IMG/VR virus record: IMGVR_UViG_3300022516_000001
Strand: one strand, 5' to 3'
Source of the DNA: an uncultured virus (IMG/VR IMGVR_UViG_3300022516_000001)
Lineage: Duplodnaviria; Heunggongvirae; Uroviricota; Caudoviricetes
Length of the DNA stretch: 64,000 nucleotides
Numbering within the stretch: position 1 is the stretch's first letter; every line of letters starts with the position of its first letter. The translations under genes were made by a program, and so were the position numbers. Below, piece after piece: positions 29,795 to 40,113 of this stretch. The notes under the pieces are model-generated. The model searched no databases, was not told the DNA's origin, and worked only from the letters and a program-made list of their open reading frames with translations.

Positions 29795-30691
29795 ATGGCA
29801 AGGAGATTAACAAATATTACTTTTATTGAAAAGGCAAATATTATTCATAATAATGAATATGATTATTCATTAGTTCAATATGCTAATAATTATACTAAAG
29901 TAAAAATAACATGTAAAAAACATGGAGTTTTTGAGCAAACACCTCATAATCATTTAAATGGTCAGGGTTGTCCTAAATGTGGAAAAATAAAAAATCATTT
30001 ATCTATCATACTAACAAATATTGAATTTATTGAAAAAACAAAAGTTATTCATGGTGATAAGTATGATTATTCATTGGTTGAGTATGTTGATTCAAAAACA
30101 AATATTAAAATAATTTGTCCTATTCATGGTATATTTGAACAAACACCAAATGACCACTTAAGTAATAAGGGTTGTTCTAAATGTGCTGGAAATTATATGG
30201 ATAATAAATATTTTAAAGAAAAGTCAAATAAAATTCATAATAATAAATATAATTATTCATTAGTTGAATATAAAGATAATAAAACTAAAATAAAAATTAT
30301 TTGTCCCATTCATGGTATATTTGAACAAAGAGCAAATAATCATTTATGTGGTATTGGTTGTTCTAAATGTAAACAAAGTAAAGGAGAAATTCATGTTATG
30401 AATTTTTTAAAAGAAAATAATATTAATTTCGAATATCAAAAGAAATTCAATAATTGTAAATATAAGTCATATTTATTTTTTGATTTTTATTTACCTAAAT
30501 ATGGTACATGTATTGAATATGATGGAATACAACATTTTAAATCAATTAAGTTTTTTGGAGGTGAAATTGGATTTGATGTACAACAGAAAAGAGATAAAAT
30601 GAAAGAAGAATATTGTAAAAATAACAATATAAATCTCACTAGAATTAAATATGATGAAAATATAAAAAATAAATTGAATTTATTAATATAA
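29795..30691 (+). CDS. putative homing endonuclease with zinc-binding repeats, paralog of 11779..12897
   Basis: Three YDYS...CxxHG...GCxKC repeats; FDFYLP...IEYDGIQH. Confidence 0.75.
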   Translation: MARRLTNITFIEKANIIHNNEYDYSLVQYANNYTKVKITCKKHGVFEQTPHNHLNGQGCPKCGKIKNHLSIILTNIEFIEKTKVIHGDKYDYSLVEYVDSKTNIKIICPIHGIFEQTPNDHLSNKGCSKCAGNYMDNKYFKEKSNKIHNNKYNYSLVEYKDNKTKIKIICPIHGIFEQRANNHLCGIGCSKCKQSKGEIHVMNFLKENNINFEYQKKFNNCKYKSYLFFDFYLPKYGTCIEYDGIQHFKSIKFFGGEIGFDVQQKRDKMKEEYCKNNNINLTRIKYDENIKNKLNLLI

Positions 30692-30698
30692 TTAAATT

Positions 30699-31385
30699 AT
30701 GGTAAGTACGATAAGTAAGGAAAGATTGGCAGCATTAAATTGTGTTTTAGGACTTGATTGTAGTAAATATCAAGCAGATATTACTTGGAGTAAAGCAAAA
30801 GCAGCAGGAATTGATTTTGCATTTGTAAAAATAACCGAAGGAACTACAGGACATGAAGATAGCATTTATAATGTAAGGAATAGAGTTCTTGAAGCACAAA
30901 AAAATAATGTTAAAATATCTTATTATCATTTTTGTCGCCCCGGAGATATCAATAATCCCGAAGATGATGCTAATGCTGAAATAACTAATATTATTAATCA
31001 TTATAATATATTACCAAAACCTAATTTTCCATTAGTTTTAGATGTTGAAGCATATGCAAACAATATTATTTGGAGTGATACAGAAAAAATTGACCATATG
31101 AATAAATTTATTACGGCATTTATTAGTGGATTAAAACAACGCAATATTTCAGTTATTATTTATTCATATAGAAGTTTTATTAATACAAATACTAATCATA
31201 GTTTTGGCTCAAATCCGCTTTGGGAGGCAGCTTATTTAGACGACCCAGAAAATTATCAACCAGCAGTACCACAAGGATGGTCAGAATGGAAAATTTGGCA
31301 ATTTACTGAAAAAGGACTAATTGATGGTTATGTTGGTGATATTGACTTAAATATAATGAAAAAAGATTTTTTTAATAAATTTTAA
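30699..31385 (+). CDS. GH25 muramidase (endolysin)
   Basis: GLDCSKYQ, FVKITEG, YYHF, LDVE, IWQFT, DIDLN. Confidence 0.9.
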   Translation: MVSTISKERLAALNCVLGLDCSKYQADITWSKAKAAGIDFAFVKITEGTTGHEDSIYNVRNRVLEAQKNNVKISYYHFCRPGDINNPEDDANAEITNIINHYNILPKPNFPLVLDVEAYANNIIWSDTEKIDHMNKFITAFISGLKQRNISVIIYSYRSFINTNTNHSFGSNPLWEAAYLDDPENYQPAVPQGWSEWKIWQFTEKGLIDGYVGDIDLNIMKKDFFNKF

Positions 31386-31810
31386 TGAGTAGTGTTCAAA
31401 AATATATTATAGTTAAAGATAGAGTTGAAATCTATAAAGATTTTGCTATGAATTTATTATATTATATTTTTAATTATTATATTGATAGAGAAAGTTTAAG
31501 TGCTGATGAAGATATTCGTAATCACTATATATGGTGTTTTAATAAAGTTTGTGATGAATTTAAACAAGAAAGTATTGATTTTAGTCAAAATAAAGAGTTA
31601 AAAGAATATTTTTATGCATATTATTACCATCAATTTTATAAAGTTAATAATAATCAGGATACATCAATAGGATATTATGAAAAATTTTGGAGAAATATAT
31701 TCGAAATTGATAATCAAAAGAACAAAAATATAATTAATATCTTAATTGAAATATATAATATTTATGACAAATCAATTAATCAAGAAAAAAATGTTTTAGA
31801 GATTGTCTAA
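31385..31810 (+). CDS. hypothetical protein
   Basis: Translationally coupled ORF. Confidence 0.65.
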   Translation: MSSVQKYIIVKDRVEIYKDFAMNLLYYIFNYYIDRESLSADEDIRNHYIWCFNKVCDEFKQESIDFSQNKELKEYFYAYYYHQFYKVNNNQDTSIGYYEKFWRNIFEIDNQKNKNIINILIEIYNIYDKSINQEKNVLEIV

Positions 31811-31887
31811 AAATCCTTGCATATTGTATTTATTATAATTAAATTTACGAACATAAAAATAATATTATTTTAAAACCAAAAAGAATT

Positions 31888-32169
31888 ATGGCAAATTTGA
31901 AACTTGATTTATTAAATTATTTAAACAACAACAAGTATTATGAAGAACTTGAATTAGTTCGTCTTGCATCAGACCCAAATACAAATTATAAAGAAAAAAT
32001 TGATAACATGGCTTGTAGACTTCGAAGCATTTCAATTTTGAATGCACAAATTGGTTTAGTTGCCCAATATTTTCAAGAACCAGCACCCGTACCTGCTGCC
32101 GAAACAAATACTCAGCAACAAGTAATACCTAAAGGACAAGTACATCAAGGTCAGAGTCACGGTGAATAA
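31888..32169 (+). CDS. hypothetical protein
   Basis: ORF with A-rich start context. Confidence 0.6.
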   Translation: MANLKLDLLNYLNNNKYYEELELVRLASDPNTNYKEKIDNMACRLRSISILNAQIGLVAQYFQEPAPVPAAETNTQQQVIPKGQVHQGQSHGE

Positions 32170-32363
32170 TGAATATATTAACTGAAATATATCAATTTTT
32201 ATTTATATCTTCCATCATTTTTATGATATATATCTTTGGTGATTTAGTTATAAAAATGTATGGGAGGTTTAAATTAGACAAAGAAACACAATTTGTTTTA
32301 ACAATTTCTGAAAAAATCATATTATGGATTTCTTTAGGAATATTTTTTACATATTTATTTTAA
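32169..32363 (+). CDS. small two-TM membrane protein
   Basis: Two hydrophobic segments. Confidence 0.55.
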   Translation: MNILTEIYQFLFISSIIFMIYIFGDLVIKMYGRFKLDKETQFVLTISEKIILWISLGIFFTYLF

Positions 32364-32891
32364 ATGAAAACAATTGAATTAGCACTACAGCTAGTAGAAG
32401 GTTACTTAATTTCAATAACTCGAAATACTGTCAATGGTTGGTATGAAATAGAAATTGGAATACCGAATAATTGGGTTTTTGACGAAAATGATGAAATTAA
32501 ATGTGAAATTTTAGCTGAAGATAAATCAGGTAAAATGATAAAAATATCACCTAAAAATCAAAATATTGTTATTGATGACCTAATTGCATTTTTTGAAATT
32601 ATTATTAACACCAATAAGAAAATTGCCGAAAAAGAAGAAGAATTTAAATTGCAAATGGAAGAAATGAAAAAGGGTCTTGAAAAAAAAGCAAGTGCATTCT
32701 TTAAAGAATTAGATGAATTAAAAGAAAATTCATTTAAGAAAATTAATGATAATTTCGTTAAAAACATACATAAAGACAATAATGATGAAAAGAAATTAAA
32801 AAAAACCAGACAACCTAAAGTAATTTTATCTACTGGTGAAACAAGTACAACAAAAACAACCACAGAACTATTAGAAATCGATAAAGAATAA
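32364..32891 (+). CDS. hypothetical coiled-coil protein
   Basis: Tightly packed ORF. Confidence 0.65.
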   Translation: MKTIELALQLVEGYLISITRNTVNGWYEIEIGIPNNWVFDENDEIKCEILAEDKSGKMIKISPKNQNIVIDDLIAFFEIIINTNKKIAEKEEEFKLQMEEMKKGLEKKASAFFKELDELKENSFKKINDNFVKNIHKDNNDEKKLKKTRQPKVILSTGETSTTKTTTELLEIDKE

Positions 32892-32895
32892 TTTT

Positions 32896-33258
32896 ATGAC
32901 TATTGATAAAAAAATATTATCAATTGATTATAATGATGATGATAAAGATATTACAGCATTTAATGAATATCTTGAAACAGATACTGTACGAAAGAAAAAT
33001 CAAACAATTTCTGAAATTGAAAAAATGGGTAATTTTTATCTAAAAGAAATTAATAAAAAAAAGAAACAAAAAGAACTTAAAAAAACTAAACTAATTCCAT
33101 ATATCATAAAACATTCAAAAGGTAAATATGATGTTGATGATATTGAGGAATTAAATTCATATAGTTTCGAAGATATTCAAGATATTTATAATCAAATAAA
33201 AAAAGAAAATCGTTCAACAATTTCAAAATATTTACATTTTCTCTTTAATATTAATTAA
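32896..33258 (+). CDS. hypothetical protein
   Basis: Tightly packed ORF. Confidence 0.6.
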   Translation: MTIDKKILSIDYNDDDKDITAFNEYLETDTVRKKNQTISEIEKMGNFYLKEINKKKKQKELKKTKLIPYIIKHSKGKYDVDDIEELNSYSFEDIQDIYNQIKKENRSTISKYLHFLFNIN

Positions 33259-33299
33259 AGATTAATTACATTTGTATTATAATATAAAAACAATCGTAT

Positions 33300-34112
33300 A
33301 TGGCAAATCAATTATTTGAAGATGTATTTAACAAAGCAAGCATTTATGAAATGCTTTTCTTTAATGTAAAATCAGTTCTTATTTATTCTACACTTAAAGA
33401 CCTTGAAGAAAAAAACAAATCTTTATTTGATAGTTGGAAAGATTTAGCGTTTAATAAACATTATCCAGATAAAATATATAAAGACCTTGTAGGTGATGAA
33501 CTTCGCCAATTTGAAGAATCCATGTATCAAAATAATGCACCAAACTATCCTGAATATAGTAGAATTATTACTATAACATATGCAATGTTATATATGGAAA
33601 ATGGTACATTGAAAAGAAGTTTAAAAAAATTTACAGGAGAAAATGAACATAATATAATTGAACAATTTATGGATATTTTACATCAATTATCAAGTGATGG
33701 TGAATTATCAACCCCTAAGAATTTTCCAATGCTTTGTGGACATAATATCATAAGTCATGATATTCCCCTTTTAATTAAAAGATTTATAATTAACAAAAAT
33801 AAATTTAAAACAAATAAAGAATTACCATTAATTTTGAAAAAAAGTTTAATTATGAAACCTTGGGAATCTGGTATTATTGATACTATTAATGTCTGGAAAT
33901 TCAATGGTTATGATTATATGCCATTAATGCTAATTTCTGATTTTATGAATCTTAAAAGAACGGTAGATTTATTACCAAATAATGAATTATCAAAATATTA
34001 TTGGAATAATGTCGTAGAAAACCCAGAAGAAACTCTTGAATTTATATCATTACAATCAGCTACACAAACAAACCTTGTCATTCAACTCATGAATGAATTA
34101 AGACAATTATAA
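33300..34112 (+). CDS. PolB-exonuclease-like (DEDD) protein with degenerate active site
   Basis: LCGHNIISHDIP, KPWE...DTINVWKF; ExoI motif reads FNVKS. Confidence 0.6.
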   Translation: MANQLFEDVFNKASIYEMLFFNVKSVLIYSTLKDLEEKNKSLFDSWKDLAFNKHYPDKIYKDLVGDELRQFEESMYQNNAPNYPEYSRIITITYAMLYMENGTLKRSLKKFTGENEHNIIEQFMDILHQLSSDGELSTPKNFPMLCGHNIISHDIPLLIKRFIINKNKFKTNKELPLILKKSLIMKPWESGIIDTINVWKFNGYDYMPLMLISDFMNLKRTVDLLPNNELSKYYWNNVVENPEETLEFISLQSATQTNLVIQLMNELRQL

Positions 34113-34176
34113 TAACAACATAAAGAAATTAATTATCTAAAACAAGAAATTAATAAATTAAAAAAGTAAGATAATT

Positions 34177-35133
34177 ATGGAAATAAAAAAGGGGTGTGTC
34201 ATTTCAAGTGGTGGTGCTTGGGGTGCATTCGGTGGTGGTACTTTAGCAAGAATTAATAAAGATTATAACACCATTGTTGGAGTATCAACTGGAAGTTTAT
34301 TAGCACCACTTGCTGCATTAAAAGAATGGGAATTACTTAAAGCAGGATACACAACAGTTACAAATAAAAATATTTTTGATACATATTGGTATAAACCATA
34401 TCCTATTTCAAAAACAGGTAATATTAGAATATTACCAATAATAATATCATTATTATTAAAACAAAAAACTATTTGCACATCAAATGTTTTAAGAAAAACA
34501 ATTGATAAATTTTTTCCCAAACAATATTTTAATGAATTAAGAAAACAAAATAAAGAAATATTAGTTGGTACACAAAATTTTGCACAAGTACCTTCAAAAA
34601 TACATTATTTTAGTTCATTAAATGAAGATTATGAAGATATGAAAGATTGGATGTGGTGTAGTACCAATGTTCCATTTTTTACTTCTTTAGTTAAAAAAAG
34701 TTGGAATAATGAAACTGGAAGTTTTCATGTCGGTTTATGGAGTGATGGTGGTTTAACAGATTTGGTTGGTATTAATCAATTAATAAATAAAGGATTTAAT
34801 GAAATTGATATTATTTTGCATAGAACAAAAAATACTGACGTTTATGAAGGTAAAAAAATTAATAGTCTTATGGAAAATGTAACCACCAGTATTAATGCTA
34901 TGAGATATGATATTGAATTTGAATATTTTTATGATAGAATAAAAAAATTAAATCGACAAGGTACAAAAGTTACAATCTATTGGTTACCAAGAAAATTAAG
35001 TTCAAATAGTATGATATTTAATCAAGAAGAAATGCTTGCTTGGTGGGAAGAAGGATATAATACGGCATTAGACCCAAAAAGAATTGAGGTTTTCCAGCCA
35101 ATTACTAAAAAACAATATTTTAATCGATTTTAA
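34177..35133 (+). CDS. patatin-like phospholipase
   Basis: SSGGAWGA, GVSTG (GxSxG), DGG. Confidence 0.85.
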   Translation: MEIKKGCVISSGGAWGAFGGGTLARINKDYNTIVGVSTGSLLAPLAALKEWELLKAGYTTVTNKNIFDTYWYKPYPISKTGNIRILPIIISLLLKQKTICTSNVLRKTIDKFFPKQYFNELRKQNKEILVGTQNFAQVPSKIHYFSSLNEDYEDMKDWMWCSTNVPFFTSLVKKSWNNETGSFHVGLWSDGGLTDLVGINQLINKGFNEIDIILHRTKNTDVYEGKKINSLMENVTTSINAMRYDIEFEYFYDRIKKLNRQGTKVTIYWLPRKLSSNSMIFNQEEMLAWWEEGYNTALDPKRIEVFQPITKKQYFNRF

Positions 35134-35290
35134 GCCTTAATTTTTCTTTAAGGTCTTCAGGTAAGTATCCATATATATATTGGCTAAATCCTACCCAAAA
35201 ATTCCATTCTGATAGTAATTTGACCTTATCATCATAAGATAGTTTGTTCCAAAGATTATATGCTTCAATATCGTTTTTTATACTTATCAT
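35120..35290 (-). CDS. hypothetical protein (56 aa, not in the ORF track)
   Basis: MISIKNDIEAYNLW...RLKID; GTATTTATT just upstream. Confidence 0.45.
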   Translation of the reverse strand: MISIKNDIEAYNLWNKLSYDDKVKLLSEWNFWVGFSQYIYGYLPEDLKEKLRLKID

Positions 35291-35313
35291 TAATAATAAA
35301 TACTGAAATAGAT

Positions 35314-35619
35314 TTAATTAATCCATTTCAATATATTAGCAAATTTATCTTCAATATATGGTGCATCATAATAACTATCATATTCATCTTCTTCCATATA
35401 AGCACATCTTATATTATAAACTCCATTAAGTAAATAGTTAAACATATCGAACATTGTATCAAAGAAAATATACATATTATTTTCATGATTAAAAATAAAT
35501 GCGAAACTTTCTTTCCATCCATCATTTTCAACTTCGAGAGAATAATTAAATATAATTCCTAATGTTTTACTACCATCAGAATATTGTTCTTCATGTGCCG
35601 ATTTTAGTTTTGTTCTCAT
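35314..35619 (-). CDS. hypothetical protein
   Basis: ORF overlapping the end of the transglycosylase gene. Confidence 0.6.
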   Translation of the reverse strand: MRTKLKSAHEEQYSDGSKTLGIIFNYSLEVENDGWKESFAFIFNHENNMYIFFDTMFDMFNYLLNGVYNIRCAYMEEDEYDSYYDAPYIEDKFANILKWIN

Positions 35620-36271
35620 TTTTCTTTATATTAGTATAAAATTTAGAATTTGAATGCCTTCTTAATATATAATCTATATAATTAATTGTTTCTTGAATTG
35701 GTGGAATACCACGAAATTTAAATACTTTTTTAATACCTGCATTATATGATGCAAGAGTTAATTTCCATGAATATTTATCAGTACAACCTTTACCACGCCA
35801 ATAATCATATAAATCTTTTACCATTGTTAATCCAATATATATATTTTTTTGATTATAAGTAAAATTAAATGTGTCAATATTAAGCATTAACGAATATGCA
35901 TCTTCTGTTTCCGGCATAAGTTGAAAAAAACCTTTTGCACCTACAGGTGAAACAATAGTATCAATAAATTTTGATTCATTAAATACTAATCTAAAAATCG
36001 TTCTTATTGGTAATTGAAATTCCATTGTTTTATCATATATAAATTCTATATCATTAGTATCTACATAATTTGGAATTTTAATCTCTGCCTGAAACTCAAT
36101 AGTATCAATCATTTTATGTATTTTTTCTAATCTCTTTTGTTGTTTAATTTGATTAAGTTTTACTCTTTCATTATCACTACCATGAGTTCTCATCATATTA
36201 GGATTACCAATATTTGTAGCACTCATAATACAAGTAAAGAGAATTACAGTCATAAATAATATTTTTTTCAT
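35591..36271 (-). CDS. soluble lytic transglycosylase (SLT) domain protein with signal peptide
   Basis: NESKF, SPVGAKGFFQLMPET, LASYNAG, ETINY. Confidence 0.9.
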   Translation of the reverse strand: MKKILFMTVILFTCIMSATNIGNPNMMRTHGSDNERVKLNQIKQQKRLEKIHKMIDTIEFQAEIKIPNYVDTNDIEFIYDKTMEFQLPIRTIFRLVFNESKFIDTIVSPVGAKGFFQLMPETEDAYSLMLNIDTFNFTYNQKNIYIGLTMVKDLYDYWRGKGCTDKYSWKLTLASYNAGIKKVFKFRGIPPIQETINYIDYILRRHSNSKFYTNIKKNENKTKIGT

Positions 36272-36339
36272 AATTTAATTTTTAATAATAATGTTATTTA
36301 TTGAAAATCAATTAGTTGCTAACTATAAAAATTTTAAAT

Positions 36340-36455
36340 ATTACCACAAATTAGTGGCATTTTTAAACTAAAATGCCCGAAAAACACTATTTTTTCGGGT
36401 ATTGCCTTATATATTGGAGAAATTTGACCTGTACTTTCAGTAGAATCGGCAAATT
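36340..36455 (-). promoter_or_regulatory. structured 5' leader of the transglycosylase gene
   Basis: Several adjacent and overlapping inverted repeats with locally higher GC. Confidence 0.35.
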
Positions 36456-36555
36456 TATATGTTTTTTTTAATTGTTTCAAATTTTATTGTTTTAATTTAA
36501 ATTTATAAGCAGATATAAATACTGTGATATTTTTAATTTATTAAACAATTGATTT

Positions 36556-36765
36556 TCAACGTTTTTTAAATTCTAAATTACCAACTATTTGATATACATC
36601 ATATAAAATATCTTGTACTTTTTCAATCTTTTTTCTTAATTTTTTATGTTTTATAAAAACAGGATGTTCAATTAAATGAGTTTCAATAATCATACTAACT
36701 ACATGAGACCTATCAAGTGCTTCATGATAATAAAATTTAGATAATTTATTTTTTTTCTTTGCCAT
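36556..36765 (-). CDS. hypothetical protein
   Basis: 69 aa ORF in a run of minus-strand genes. Confidence 0.6.
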   Translation of the reverse strand: MAKKKNKLSKFYYHEALDRSHVVSMIIETHLIEHPVFIKHKKLRKKIEKVQDILYDVYQIVGNLEFKKR

Positions 36766-36770
36766 TAATT

Positions 36771-37505
36771 TTATTCAATTATTTTTACATATTGACGTTT
36801 TTCCAACATTCTTTCGATTGTTTTTTCTGGTGAATATAGAAATAAATAAGAATTGTTAATTCTATTAAAACCACATTTATTAGCGATTGCAAATAATTTA
36901 TATTCATTTATTTCAGTATCTTTTTTCTTAACTAATTCATCAAGTAAATAATATTCATGTGCTGGAACTTTAATAATTTCAAATAATTTTAAATTTTCTC
37001 TAACTTGTACTGATTTACGATTATAATAATAATCAGCATCAATAGAATTATCTTGAAATGGTTTAATTAATGCAATAATTGCAGTGTTTTTATCATAAAA
37101 ATCCCTATAAATCATTTCAATGAACTCTTCAGTTATTCCACGTTTACGATAATCTTTACGTAAAATAAAAGAATAAATAAAAACAATTTTTTTAAAATCT
37201 TTTATTTCAATTTCTTTATCTTGAATAACATTTATTAATTCAGAAAAAGTATTTTCAACAATACGTTCTGTAATTAATTTATTCAAATTCACGTCAAATT
37301 TTATTCCTAATTCAATATTCCACACTGAAAATCCATATTCACCAATAATAAGTGGTGGTTCTTGATTAGCTATTTTAATTTCTGATACACATCCTTCATA
37401 TTCGGTAATAATATTTTCATCATCATTTACAAGGTCAAAATTTTTACGATAACCCTGTGTTTTGAATGTGATATTACTCCATAATCTCCAATCACTATCA
37501 TTCAT
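36771..37505 (-). CDS. GNAT-like protein
   Basis: FILRKDYRKRGI (motif A-like) and KCGF. Confidence 0.45.
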   Translation of the reverse strand: MNDSDWRLWSNITFKTQGYRKNFDLVNDDENIITEYEGCVSEIKIANQEPPLIIGEYGFSVWNIELGIKFDVNLNKLITERIVENTFSELINVIQDKEIEIKDFKKIVFIYSFILRKDYRKRGITEEFIEMIYRDFYDKNTAIIALIKPFQDNSIDADYYYNRKSVQVRENLKLFEIIKVPAHEYYLLDELVKKKDTEINEYKLFAIANKCGFNRINNSYLFLYSPEKTIERMLEKRQYVKIIE

Positions 37506-37542
37506 TATGCAAATATATGTAAAATTATTTTAATATGCAAAT

Positions 37543-37977
37543 TCATTGTAATTCATTTGATTTTCCCATCTTGGTAAGTAAATCAATATAATAATTCTTT
37601 ATTTCATTAACATGTAAATATTCTTTAGGTTCAAAATTCTTATCAATCCAATCCATCCAATAAAGTTGAATACCGAATCTTTCTATATCATTAATAAAAT
37701 CATTAATGGTAACTGGTATTGATAATATATATTTTACAGTATTTGAAACATTTTTATAAATAACATAATGTTTTGGATAAAATTCAAGAATAATTTTATC
37801 ATCATTCGTGAATCTATACCAATTCATCATATTCTTACAATGCCAACCCTCAAAAAGAGTTTCACAAGATTTTTCATTAAATACTGGATATAGCATATCA
37901 ATAGTGAAAGAAAGAGCGAGAAATTGTTTGAACTTCTCGCTCCCTGTTGTTTGTATAAATGGAACTACCTTTATCAT
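37543..37977 (-). CDS. hypothetical protein
   Basis: ORF. Confidence 0.65.
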   Translation of the reverse strand: MIKVVPFIQTTGSEKFKQFLALSFTIDMLYPVFNEKSCETLFEGWHCKNMMNWYRFTNDDKIILEFYPKHYVIYKNVSNTVKYILSIPVTINDFINDIERFGIQLYWMDWIDKNFEPKEYLHVNEIKNYYIDLLTKMGKSNELQ

Positions 37978-38580
37978 TTATTTTATTTCTTTAATATCAT
38001 ATGTTCCATCACTTTTTGGTGTAAAACGCCAAGTTTTCCAATAATAATCATCATCATGTCCATTATCACTGATAATTATCAATAAGCGTATTTCTACATT
38101 ACCATTATCCAATTTTTTTACATATCCATTGCTAACACCATTTTTAACATAAAGTAAATCTTTAAGGTCAGTTTTACTTAAATATGTATAACTATATGAT
38201 GCTTCACCATTAGAAGTACAACCATTATAATCAGTTTGAATAATATCTGAGGCAACATTCCATTTACCATTATCATAACGAAGTAAATAAAGATTCCTTT
38301 CTATTTTTTCTCCATAATGTAAAACAGGAAAATTCTGAATATTAAGTGTATCTGCATATGAAATCAAATACAATTTGCCATTTTCACCATAAAATGAATA
38401 TGTTCTTGTTTTTAAATATTCATTTAAATCTCCACCCTTTTGTGCGCACCAAACTCTTGTTTCATCAACATCAATATATGATGGGTATGTTCTAAATCGA
38501 CTTAGTTGTAGATGTTGTTTTTGCCCAAACAAATTGGCAGTAAACAGAACAATTATTAATAATCCAATAAACTTTTTCAT
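37978..38580 (-). CDS. secreted hypothetical protein
   Basis: MKKFIGLLIIVLFTANLFGQ signal peptide of Bacteroidota style. Confidence 0.65.
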   Translation of the reverse strand: MKKFIGLLIIVLFTANLFGQKQHLQLSRFRTYPSYIDVDETRVWCAQKGGDLNEYLKTRTYSFYGENGKLYLISYADTLNIQNFPVLHYGEKIERNLYLLRYDNGKWNVASDIIQTDYNGCTSNGEASYSYTYLSKTDLKDLLYVKNGVSNGYVKKLDNGNVEIRLLIIISDNGHDDDYYWKTWRFTPKSDGTYDIKEIK

Positions 38581-38606
38581 CTTTTTATTTATTTGTTTAC
38601 TTGAAT

Positions 38607-38633
38607 ATACGAAAAACAAGCATAAATGTTACA
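38607..38633 (-). promoter_or_regulatory. ECF-type promoter TGTAAC-N16-CGTAT
   Basis: Matches the copies at 46722, 50157 and 55038. Confidence 0.6.
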
Positions 38634-38661
38634 AAAAACACGTATTTTTGTACGTGTTTTT
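38633..38661. terminator. terminator hairpin
   Basis: AAAAACACGTA/TACGTGTTTTT inverted repeat. Confidence 0.7.
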
Positions 38662-38683
38662 GTATTTTAAATAAAAAATGGTC

Positions 38684-38899
38684 TTATTTTAACTTATATT
38701 CACCGACTGCCAATACCATAAGATTGGTAGGCATTTTTTTGTCTTTCATCTCAGTTTTCATTACTGCATCAATGTAATAATCAGAAAAAATTTCACCTAT
38801 ATTTAACCATGTCCTGTCATTTATTTCAAAAAGTGTTTTTTCTGTATCAGCATTAATAAATTTAACGGTTAGTCTTGGAGTTTCTTTCGCATATTTCAT
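38684..38899 (-). CDS. hypothetical protein
   Basis: ORF. Confidence 0.6.
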   Translation of the reverse strand: MKYAKETPRLTVKFINADTEKTLFEINDRTWLNIGEIFSDYYIDAVMKTEMKDKKMPTNLMVLAVGEYKLK

Positions 38900-39156
38900 A
38901 ATATTTGTTTTTCTTCGGTTTCTTTATTTTGATTATTCATTGTAGATAATCCAGATAATAACTTAAATACATCAAAAAATATCACTTTAATAATCCAAAT
39001 TATACATACCCATTGAAAATATGTAATATTAATTGTAGTAAGTGATTGTAATACTAATTTCCATATAACGGAAATAAAAATCGCAATAACAATAGATTCT
39101 AAAAAGTAATATACCATTACTGGAAAAATAAACCATATGTTTTTAAAATTATCCAT
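38896..39156 (-). CDS. small membrane protein
   Basis: Two hydrophobic segments. Confidence 0.6.
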   Translation of the reverse strand: MDNFKNIWFIFPVMVYYFLESIVIAIFISVIWKLVLQSLTTINITYFQWVCIIWIIKVIFFDVFKLLSGLSTMNNQNKETEEKQIL

Positions 39157-39228
39157 AATACTCTTAATTATTTAGTGTAAAATTAATTAAATTTTTAATA
39201 ATTCCTGATATTTCTTAACATAACTTAT

Positions 39229-40109
39229 TTAGTTTATATTAATAATACATTCAGATGAACCCTTAAAATAAATTTTAGGTTTATAATGAATTAATAAATT
39301 ATTCTTTTTATATTTTTCTTCCATTTCCCAAATTATTGACCTGTTAAGATTTTGTAATTTAATTTCTATTGTATAATTATATGGCATTTTTGTTTTTGAA
39401 TTAAACCTATTTTTTATTTCTCCAGTGCAAATTCCATATTTATAAAATTTTTCATTTTCATTCCAACAATTTAAAATATAAAAGGTTGCAATACCTTTTT
39501 TGGAAATCCAGTCCAATTTTTTAAAATTATTATTTTCTCTACTACATTTTTTACAACCCCTACCTTGTAAATGTTTATTGGGTGTTTGTAAAAAATCACC
39601 ATGTATTGAACATGTTATAATTAATTTGGTTGAAGTATTAATATATTTGGCATTAAAATAATTATATTTATTATTATGTACTGCATTAGATTGGTTTATA
39701 AAATTATTTAAAGATTTAGGTCGTCTATTTTTTGCTAATTCCATTCCACATTTTGAACACCCATGCTTTAAATGATAATTAACTAATGTTTTCATTATAC
39801 CATGTTTGGGGCAAATAAATTCAAATTCTGTAGTTTCTTTTAAATAAAGAAATTTTTTATAAACATATTTGTTGAAATGAATATAATTAAATTTATTTAC
39901 AATATATTCATATTTATTTAATGCAGATTGTACTGTAGGTTTATTTCCATGTAAAAGTTTATCTGGTGTACTTTTTAATAATCCAAATTTATCTTCAATT
40001 AAAATATGGTCTCTCATTTTTTATATTCACCAATTACTTTAAATTTTTTATTTTTATAATGAATATTATTTTCAATTAATTTCATTAAAAATTCTTGATG
40101 GATTATCAT
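39229..40109 (-). CDS. putative homing endonuclease with zinc-binding repeats, frameshifted near 40018
   Basis: CPKHG/CSIHG repeats; C-terminal FYILN...YKYGI GIY-YIG-like motif; upstream 31-codon ORF joins if one A is added. Confidence 0.6.
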
Positions 40110-40113
40110 AACA

